Assembly: GCA_039915165.1 (NCBI GenBank)
Contig: JBDSNU010000018.1
Location: 2,064 to 66,063, forward strand
Reading direction: 5' to 3'
DNA from: Minisyncoccota bacterium
Lineage (GTDB): Bacteria; Patescibacteriota; Minisyncoccia; Phycocordibacterales; UBA9973
Length of the DNA stretch: 64,000 nucleotides
Shown here: in pieces, positions 57,809 through 64,000 of the stretch
Layout: each line of letters opens with the position of its first letter
How positions within the stretch are numbered: position 1 is the first letter of the stretch
Program-made: the position numbers and the translations under genes
The notes under the pieces: generated by a model
Seen by the model: the letters and a program-made list of their open reading frames with translations, nothing else
Databases searched by the model: none
What the model was told of the DNA's origin: nothing

Positions 57809-58690
57809 ATGGAAGGCTACAAAAATATCGACAATATATCTTCCCAGTCAATTGAGCAGGAGTATGTTATCAGCTCCCAATCAAAATTTTTTGAAGATCA
57901 GAAGCAACGGTATCAACCAAAAGTCGAAGACTTTTTAAATGAACCTGGTTATGATCCTGAGGAAGTGCAAAAAGAAATAGACCTTTCACAGAAATTGAAA
58001 TCTCGATGGGAAGGATCAGGAGATGATTTTGAAAAAGGTAATAAAAAAATCGCAGATATATTTGAAGGAATAATAGTTGACCAGTTTTGCGGTGCATGGA
58101 TGGCAAATAAAGCCGAAGCATTTTTTGCCGCAGATGCAGATGACTATTTGAGAAAGGTAGACTGCGTAATTGAGTTTGCAGGAGAAGGGGACAAAGGACA
58201 GCTTGAATATCTTGGACTCGGTATCGATGTGACATTTTCCTCAGACTATATGACGCTCAAAAATAAACTTGATTCCATATGGGATGAAGAAATAGAAAAA
58301 GCTAAGCAAGTGAAGATTAAATATGTTGATACAGAAAACTACAAAGGATCACTCGATATTTTCCGCGCAGTACTAGCAACAAATAAAGAAACAGTGTTGG
58401 AACTAGCACGTCTCTATAAAAATAAAGAAAGAGATAAGCTAGATGAACATCCGTACCTTGCTAACGCATTATTTCAAATTAAATATCAGCTCGAGTCGTA
58501 TCTCAATTATGCTATTAAAAAGCCCTTACCAGGGCCATACCTTGTTGAGATCGTAAAAACTCTTAAGACTTTCTATACGGTATATACAGAAAAAGAAGAA
58601 TTTTTATTGAAACATGCCGACGATGTACAAAAAACCCACTCTTTTCAAACAATACGCTCATATTGTGATGACAAATTAAATTCAATATAA
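57809..58690 (+). CDS. Hypothetical cytoplasmic protein (293 aa)
   Basis: Clean ORF with no recognisable motifs. Confidence 0.45.
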   Translation: MEGYKNIDNISSQSIEQEYVISSQSKFFEDQKQRYQPKVEDFLNEPGYDPEEVQKEIDLSQKLKSRWEGSGDDFEKGNKKIADIFEGIIVDQFCGAWMANKAEAFFAADADDYLRKVDCVIEFAGEGDKGQLEYLGLGIDVTFSSDYMTLKNKLDSIWDEEIEKAKQVKIKYVDTENYKGSLDIFRAVLATNKETVLELARLYKNKERDKLDEHPYLANALFQIKYQLESYLNYAIKKPLPGPYLVEIVKTLKTFYTVYTEKEEFLLKHADDVQKTHSFQTIRSYCDDKLNSI

Positions 58691-58774
58691 AATAAAACGC
58701 ATTACTCCTAAGTAGTGCGTTTTATTATGGGATTTTTATTATTCCTTTATTCAAAATTGTTATATAATTGAATA

Positions 58775-60766
58775 GTGAAACACCCTATTTTGAAGAAGTT
58801 TTTTATCAGCACATTATTAGTAATTGGTACGTTTATTAGCAGTACGGCTATTGCCGCCTCAACTGGCACTATTGATCCAAACAATGCGGGATTTTATAAA
58901 GCAGCATTCTTGGATTCAAGTGCGGTAAGTGACACAGCGATTAATTTCGGTAAGTTCACTACACAATCTCAATACAACATCACTGTATCTGACACACAGA
59001 TCCGTGGGTATGCATGGGGCGCATCAGTTGGCTATATAGTAACTAACTGTCTGGATACAACTAGTGGGTGTAGTACTGCTAATGGTAACTTCAAAATAGC
59101 AAATGCAAATGGTGTGCTTTCAGGATATGCATGGGGTGAAAATACTGGCTGGATAAACTTTGGCCCTTTTACATCACCAAGTATCTCAACAGTGAAGATC
59201 GACAGTACTGGAAACTTCGGTGGAACACTTGGGGCTGCAGGATACGCATGGAGTCAAAACTACGGTTGGATTATATTTGATTGTACTAACTCAAACACCT
59301 GTGTAAATACTGACTGGCGCGTTGCCGTAACACCTCCTAGTGGAGGAGGAGGTTCTGGTACTGGTACATTGTCTGGCGGCGGATTTCCACCAGGCTACAC
59401 ACCTCCTGGAACTACACCAACAACTCCGACCAATCCTACTACCCCAACCACTCCTACTGGTCCAACAACACCGCCTATCACTCCAGCTACACCAGGTACA
59501 ACTGATAATGGAACACCTGGCAATGGAACCGGCATAGGTAACGGTGTTACACCTGAACAGCCAAATCAGCCACCAGCAGGTGGAAACAGTGGTGGGCCAA
59601 ATCAGTCCCCAACAGGTACTTCAACTCAGCCGACAAGCAATCCTTCACAATCAGGAGGAGGACCAGGATTATTTGATAATGGCATCACACTACCTCCAGC
59701 ATTTGTTGAATCAATCACTACTATTACAAGTTCAATTGGAACAAGTTTGAAAGGTCTTGGTAATGCATTTGCCCCACTCGCAACAGGAGTGATCGGATTT
59801 GCACGTACCCCAATAGGTTCAACAACATCAAAGCTTGCTAGTGCATTTGGTATTATCCTCACATTGATTTCAGCAATTGCTATTGCTCTTATTTCTAGTC
59901 CGTTTACCTGGGCAGACCTATTGATGTTGCCACTCAGTTTATGGAATCTATTGTTGATCATCTTTGGTTTCAAGCGACGTCATCATCCATGGGGAACTGT
60001 ATATGACAGTGTTACAAAGCAACCGATTGATCCAGCATATGTAGTACTAACTGATCTTAATGGTAATGAAGTAGCAACTTCGATTACTGACATCGATGGA
60101 CGATATGGATTCTCTGTTCCGCCTGGATCGTATAAGATTATCGCAAGTAAAACTAACTTCAATTTCCCTTCAATGAAATTGGCTGGTCAAAGCAAAGATG
60201 AACTATATGACCAACTCTACTTCGGTGAAGTGATTGAGATCAAAGAAGATGGCGAAGTAATTACAAAAAACATTCCTATGGATCAATTAAACTTTGACTG
60301 GAATGAGTTCGCAAAGACTGAACAGAAGCGTCTGTCATACTACAAGCGAAGTGATGTAACTATTGCTCGCATCTCAAATTTCTTCTTCGCTATCGGATTC
60401 ATTATTGCAACTATCTCATTGATTTCAGCGCATACCTTATATAACAGTATTATATTTGTCATCTATGTTGTGTTATTTCTTGTTAAACAATATGTTCCCC
60501 AATTTAAATCAAAGGGTTCAATATCAGATGCGATCAGTGATGACCCACTACCGTTCGCTATCCTGCGTGTTCTATCAACAGTAACAGGACAAGAAATCAG
60601 TCATAAGGTTGCTGATCGAATTGGTAGCTATTATTGTCTCGTACCAAATGGTACCTACAATGTTACGATCGACAAGAAAAATGCTGATGCAAGTTATACA
60701 AAAATGGTAGTGCCGTATCCTGTGACAGTGAAAGAAGGATACCTAAGAAAAGACTTTAAGGTGTAA
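58775..60766 (+). CDS. Secreted/polytopic protein (663 aa): N-terminal GYAWG..GWI.F repeats, Pro/Thr-rich linker, TM segments and two carboxypeptidase-regulatory-like beta-sandwich domains
   Basis: Signal peptide. Repeats IRGYAWGASVGYI, LSGYAWGENTGWINFG, AGYAWSQNYGWIIFDC. Domain GTVYDSVTKQPIDPAYVVLTDLNGNEV...DGRYGFSVPPGSYKI. Confidence 0.5.
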   Translation: MKHPILKKFFISTLLVIGTFISSTAIAASTGTIDPNNAGFYKAAFLDSSAVSDTAINFGKFTTQSQYNITVSDTQIRGYAWGASVGYIVTNCLDTTSGCSTANGNFKIANANGVLSGYAWGENTGWINFGPFTSPSISTVKIDSTGNFGGTLGAAGYAWSQNYGWIIFDCTNSNTCVNTDWRVAVTPPSGGGGSGTGTLSGGGFPPGYTPPGTTPTTPTNPTTPTTPTGPTTPPITPATPGTTDNGTPGNGTGIGNGVTPEQPNQPPAGGNSGGPNQSPTGTSTQPTSNPSQSGGGPGLFDNGITLPPAFVESITTITSSIGTSLKGLGNAFAPLATGVIGFARTPIGSTTSKLASAFGIILTLISAIAIALISSPFTWADLLMLPLSLWNLLLIIFGFKRRHHPWGTVYDSVTKQPIDPAYVVLTDLNGNEVATSITDIDGRYGFSVPPGSYKIIASKTNFNFPSMKLAGQSKDELYDQLYFGEVIEIKEDGEVITKNIPMDQLNFDWNEFAKTEQKRLSYYKRSDVTIARISNFFFAIGFIIATISLISAHTLYNSIIFVIYVVLFLVKQYVPQFKSKGSISDAISDDPLPFAILRVLSTVTGQEISHKVADRIGSYYCLVPNGTYNVTIDKKNADASYTKMVVPYPVTVKEGYLRKDFKV

Positions 60767-60790
60767 TCGCGTCAAACCCGACTGACAAAG

Positions 60791-60824
60791 AAAAAAGACT
60801 CCTCGTTATGAGGAGTCTTTTTTC
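60791..60824. terminator. Bidirectional terminator (aaaaaagactcctcgttatgaggagtcttttttc)
   Basis: Perfect hairpin with A-run and T-run, between convergent genes. Confidence 0.65.
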
Positions 60825-60834
60825 TTTGTCTTCA

Positions 60835-61203
60835 CTACTGCCCGATCAATGAATGAATCTTTTCTACGATTTCATCAAGAGTAAAGTTGGACTTGATCAT
60901 AAATGCAGCAGCCCCACCGTCCATCATTTTCTTCATGTCTGCGTCACTTGAAAGGTTTGAGAAAACAATAACTGGGATAGCTTTTGTTTTTTCATCAGCC
61001 TTAAGGTTGAGTAATACATGCTCACCATCAATATCGGGAAGCATCATATCGAGCAATATCAAGTCAGGTGCAAATGTCGTAAGCGCTTGATCGATATCCG
61101 CCTTTGTCATCGCAGTCTTTACATCAAAGCCACTTTTGGTGAACTTTGCGCTTTCGATGTTTTTCAAAAAAGCGTCATCTTCAATTATTAGGATTTTCTT
61201 CAT
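60835..61203 (-). CDS. Stand-alone response-regulator receiver domain (CheY-like)
   Basis: ILIIEDD...DLILLDMMLPDIDG...K motifs; no output domain. Confidence 0.75.
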   Translation of the reverse strand: MKKILIIEDDAFLKNIESAKFTKSGFDVKTAMTKADIDQALTTFAPDLILLDMMLPDIDGEHVLLNLKADEKTKAIPVIVFSNLSSDADMKKMMDGGAAAFMIKSNFTLDEIVEKIHSLIGQ

Positions 61204-61239
61204 ATGCACTAGTATAGCGCTTTTGGGCCAAATGGGGAA

Positions 61240-61962
61240 TTATTGTTGCAAAGGAATTGTGATTGTCACAGTAGTTCCTTCGTGCTCAATACTATCCATA
61301 GTAATAGTACCGCCATGTTGTTCAATAATATGCTTCGTACTATAAAGCCCCAATCCAGTACCTTGTTGAACTGTGTTTTCTGCACGATAAAACTTTTCAA
61401 ACAAATGACCCATTTTGTCAGCGGGAATTCCGGCACCCTGGTCTTGTACGGTAACCAAGGCCTTGTTGTCTTGTCCTGAAAGTGAAATGATAATTTCAGT
61501 ATCTGGATTACTATATTTCAATGAATTTTCAATGATATTATGAAGTGCGATCCGAAGCTTGCTAACGTCGCCGTTGATAGTAATTGTTTCAGCAGGCTGG
61601 TGATAGGTAATAGCAATTTGTTTTTGCGCTGCCTCATTGCTAAATTCTTGCACAATTTCTGCTAATAAATGAGTAAGGTGTACAGGAAGTTTGGCATACG
61701 TAAGCACCTCGTTATTTTTGATAGCAGTCATTGTTGTGTTGAGTAGGTCAACCATGCGCTGGTTTGCTTGTATCGCCTGTGCCATAGCTGCTTGTTGTTC
61801 TGCGGTAAGTGCACCATAGTCTCCGTCATTGAGCATTTTGAAAAGCCATTTCATCGCAGAGAGGGAAGTGCGTAGTTCGTGGGCAGACAAAAGAAAGAAA
61901 TCAATTTTTTCTTGCTGAGAGTTTGCTTGTGTTGAGCTTGTCGAATCAGTCGAAGTTTCCAT
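61240..61962 (-). CDS. Cytoplasmic sensor histidine kinase (HisKA + HATPase_c, no TM)
   Basis: H-box SAHELRTSLSAM; N, G1 and G2 boxes (NIIENSLKY, DQGAGI, GTGLGL). Confidence 0.8.
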   Translation of the reverse strand: METSTDSTSSTQANSQQEKIDFFLLSAHELRTSLSAMKWLFKMLNDGDYGALTAEQQAAMAQAIQANQRMVDLLNTTMTAIKNNEVLTYAKLPVHLTHLLAEIVQEFSNEAAQKQIAITYHQPAETITINGDVSKLRIALHNIIENSLKYSNPDTEIIISLSGQDNKALVTVQDQGAGIPADKMGHLFEKFYRAENTVQQGTGLGLYSTKHIIEQHGGTITMDSIEHEGTTVTITIPLQQ

Positions 61963-62049
61963 ATGTTGTACGATAACTATATCATTTAAACAGAAAATAA
62001 AAAAACAGCCATGTACGTATACATGACTGTTTCACTGTCAGCGGGGGCC

Positions 62050-62436
62050 TTAGGCTTCCACTGCTTCCAAAATTTCCCGATTTTCTTTTACTTTCGGCCA
62101 GGCGTGCATAAGTACATCCGTCACTGTAGTAATGGTTGTTGCGCCGGCAACCTCTTTTCTCATTACATAGAAACTGTACTTATCCAGGTACTGTTTGTTG
62201 ATCAGCTTAATAAAAACCAAAATCTGGTCTTCGGTCGGGCCGTCAAAAATAATTTCCCGGGTGTTGTTTTTGCTGGCTTGTTTCACCAACTCTTTCGGGG
62301 CGGCTATGTTATAGCCAAATGATATTGCATGCCGTGTATCGCTCGCATCGTTAAAAAGTTTAACAACTGCTTGTTGGCTAGACAACTCATCTTTTTTCTT
62401 GATGTTGGTTCTGAAAATAAAGAATTTCCTTTTCAT
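62050..62436 (-). CDS. Hypothetical protein (128 aa) upstream of the HK-RR pair
   Basis: Clean ORF with no motif recognised. Confidence 0.35.
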   Translation of the reverse strand: MKRKFFIFRTNIKKKDELSSQQAVVKLFNDASDTRHAISFGYNIAAPKELVKQASKNNTREIIFDGPTEDQILVFIKLINKQYLDKYSFYVMRKEVAGATTITTVTDVLMHAWPKVKENREILEAVEA

Positions 62437-62621
62437 TTTTAAAGAATTTTGGTTTATGGAATGTATTTGAAATAACTATAGCGTATTCCTTTAAATAGTC
62501 AATGCCACGCTGCATAAATGCTTTGCAACGCAAGGGTTTACAGTATGCAAACAAAAAACCACCCAAAGCAGGCGGTTTTTTTGTAGATTCCTACGTCGTT
62601 CTTGCGAACTACGTGAGAGAG

Positions 62622-62894
62622 CTATTTTACAGCGTCTTTCAATGCCTTTGCAGCACGGAATTTTGGAACGCGAGTAGCTGCAACCTTTACTGGTTCACCA
62701 GTCTTAGGGTTACGAGCTGTGCGAGCTGCACGTAGTTTAACAGAAAAGATTCCAAGTCCAGCAATCGATACTTCGTCGCCTTTCTTTAATGTCTTAACGA
62801 TTTCTTCGAGGATACTCTCCACAATTTCTTCAGCCTGTACCTTTGTACCGCCTACCTTTCCGTGGATAAGTTCAACGAGTGCTTGTTTGTTCAT
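62622..62894 (-). CDS. hup: HU-family DNA-binding protein
   Basis: MNKQALVELI...GLGIFSVKLRAARTARNPKTGEPVKVAATRVPKFRAAKALKDAV. Confidence 0.85.
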   Translation of the reverse strand: MNKQALVELIHGKVGGTKVQAEEIVESILEEIVKTLKKGDEVSIAGLGIFSVKLRAARTARNPKTGEPVKVAATRVPKFRAAKALKDAVK

Positions 62895-63037
62895 AGTATT
62901 TGTATAAGAGAATCTCTGCAATAGTGCAGTGAGATCCCCTGTAGCGCTAGTCTATTAATTCATCAGTGCGCTCAAGCAATATGCTTAAAGCTTATAGACA
63001 TTATATAGTAAGGTATTTTGACTGCAAACATTGACAC

Positions 63038-64000
63038 TTATTTATATCGTGCCATAATTTCTTCCTCAACAATTGCTCGAGGTCGTCCATATTTCAAATA
63101 TGACAATTCTTTTATCTTTTCTGCCGTCTCTGTATTGCCTCGAGGAGGGAATGGAGTGTGAGAATTGAATGCTTTTACAGGTACTCCATCAACAAGCATT
63201 TTGATATAACAGTTTAAATTTTGCTGTTTGATAATATCATCAGGAGTAAATGTAGGAGCAAATTGTTTTGAAAATACTTCAGCGTTTTCTGGACTAACAC
63301 GGTGTACTACCATTGTTCCAACGTTACCAAACACGGCATTTTTAATACCCTCATCGAGTTGTTCAATGTATTGGTGCGCAACAGTAAGAGATAAACGATA
63401 TTTACGCGCCTCAGAAAGAATAGTGTTGATTGAATCTGTAGTAACATTTTGGAATTCATCAATGTACATATAGAAATCATTCACTTCACTTTTGCCAATA
63501 ATATCTACACGAGAGAGCGCTGCCATAGTGATTTTACCAACGAGCAACAATCCAATAAGGTGAGAGTTGATATCACCGAGACGACCTTTTGAAAGATTTA
63601 CCAACAATATTTTTTTCTTGTCCATGATGTCACGGAAGTTCAACACACTTTCTTGTTGTGCGATAACAGGACGCATTACATCGTTTGAAATAAATACATC
63701 AAACTTGTTTGTGATATATGGTACGAAGTTTGCAAGGGATGCTTCACCAGTAGTCTTCTCTGCATTTTCCCAGAACTGTTTGATGATAGGATTTTTACAT
63801 TTAGATAATTTCATATCGCGAAATGCTTTATCAGAAAGTACGCGACCGATTTCAAGCAGGGTAGAGCCAGATGCAGGATCTTCCATTACCAGTCCGGCTG
63901 AGTTACGGAAGTATTGTTCGAAGGCAGGACCGCCAGCAACTTTCATATCAAAGAGTTTATTAAAGATCGCTAGTAGTTCATTGATCACAAAAATCTTTTG
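63038..64000 (-). CDS. VirD4/TraD/TraG-like T4SS coupling ATPase, C-terminal part; N-terminus beyond the window end
   Basis: Walker B/AHQ region YMYIDEFQNV...RKYRLSLTVAHQYIEQL. Frame stays open to position 64000. Confidence 0.55.
   Translation of the reverse strand, partial: QKIFVINELLAIFNKLFDMKVAGGPAFEQYFRNSAGLVMEDPASGSTLLEIGRVLSDKAFRDMKLSKCKNPIIKQFWENAEKTTGEASLANFVPYITNKFDVFISNDVMRPVIAQQESVLNFRDIMDKKKILLVNLSKGRLGDINSHLIGLLLVGKITMAALSRVDIIGKSEVNDFYMYIDEFQNVTTDSINTILSEARKYRLSLTVAHQYIEQLDEGIKNAVFGNVGTMVVHRVSPENAEVFSKQFAPTFTPDDIIKQQNLNCYIKMLVDGVPVKAFNSHTPFPPRGNTETAEKIKELSYLKYGRPRAIVEEEIMARYK

Noticed and set aside
1-64000. CRISPR arrays, rRNA genes, group I/II introns
   Set aside because: No tandem short direct repeats with unique spacers, no rRNA-like conserved stretches, and no intron-like structures were seen.

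Overview
This 64-kb window reads as a low-GC bacterial chromosomal segment containing the replication origin. The oriC evidence is: dnaA-dnaN on the minus strand, DnaA-box clusters on both sides of dnaA, and rpmH-rnpA-yidD-yidC diverging on the plus strand.

Housekeeping genes I can support from the sequence are polA (partial), tsaE, pilB/gspE-type ATPase, ruvB, ruvC, tyrS, a class A PBP, ksgA, uvrD/pcrA, comM/yifB, rpsO, xerC/D-type recombinase, xth, cca, ogt and hup. Four tRNAs are present: Arg-TCG, Gly-GCC, Pro-TGG and Gly-TCC.

Between these sit several accessory blocks:
- An 11-gene, single-strand cluster (21.9-37.4 kb) of secreted and membrane proteins that looks like a Gram-positive-type type IV secretion system. 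It has a VirB4 ATPase split by a frameshift, a PrgI/VirB3-like protein, a huge VirB6-like polytopic protein with a coiled-coil tail, and an M15 peptidase fused to a membrane anchor. No relaxase is present. A VirD4-like coupling ATPase lies 25 kb away at the window end.
- An IS200-like REP-associated tyrosine transposase flanked by two copies of a near-perfect palindrome (atggggtctgacccca), with a third solo copy acting as a convergent terminator.
- A bacterial SET-domain protein convergent with a tiny hyper-acidic protein.
- A tRNA-linked islet (52-57 kb) with degenerate direct and inverted copies of tRNA 3' ends, hairpins, GC-enriched cargo ORFs and a pair of diverged paralogous mini-genes.
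- Two toxin-antitoxin-like pairs (mazEF; DUF4258/DUF2283).
- A minimal cytoplasmic histidine kinase with a stand-alone receiver.
- Many large signal-peptide proteins sharing Ig-like modules.

The gene content (very AT-rich, many giant surface proteins, Gram-positive-type T4SS, type IV pilus ATPase) suggests a Patescibacteria/CPR-like or other reduced-genome lineage. I infer that from gene content only; it is not shown by the sequence. No CRISPR array, rRNA or recognisable RNase P RNA or tmRNA was found. Coordinates I derived by hand (tRNAs, repeats, hairpins) may be off by 1-2 nt.
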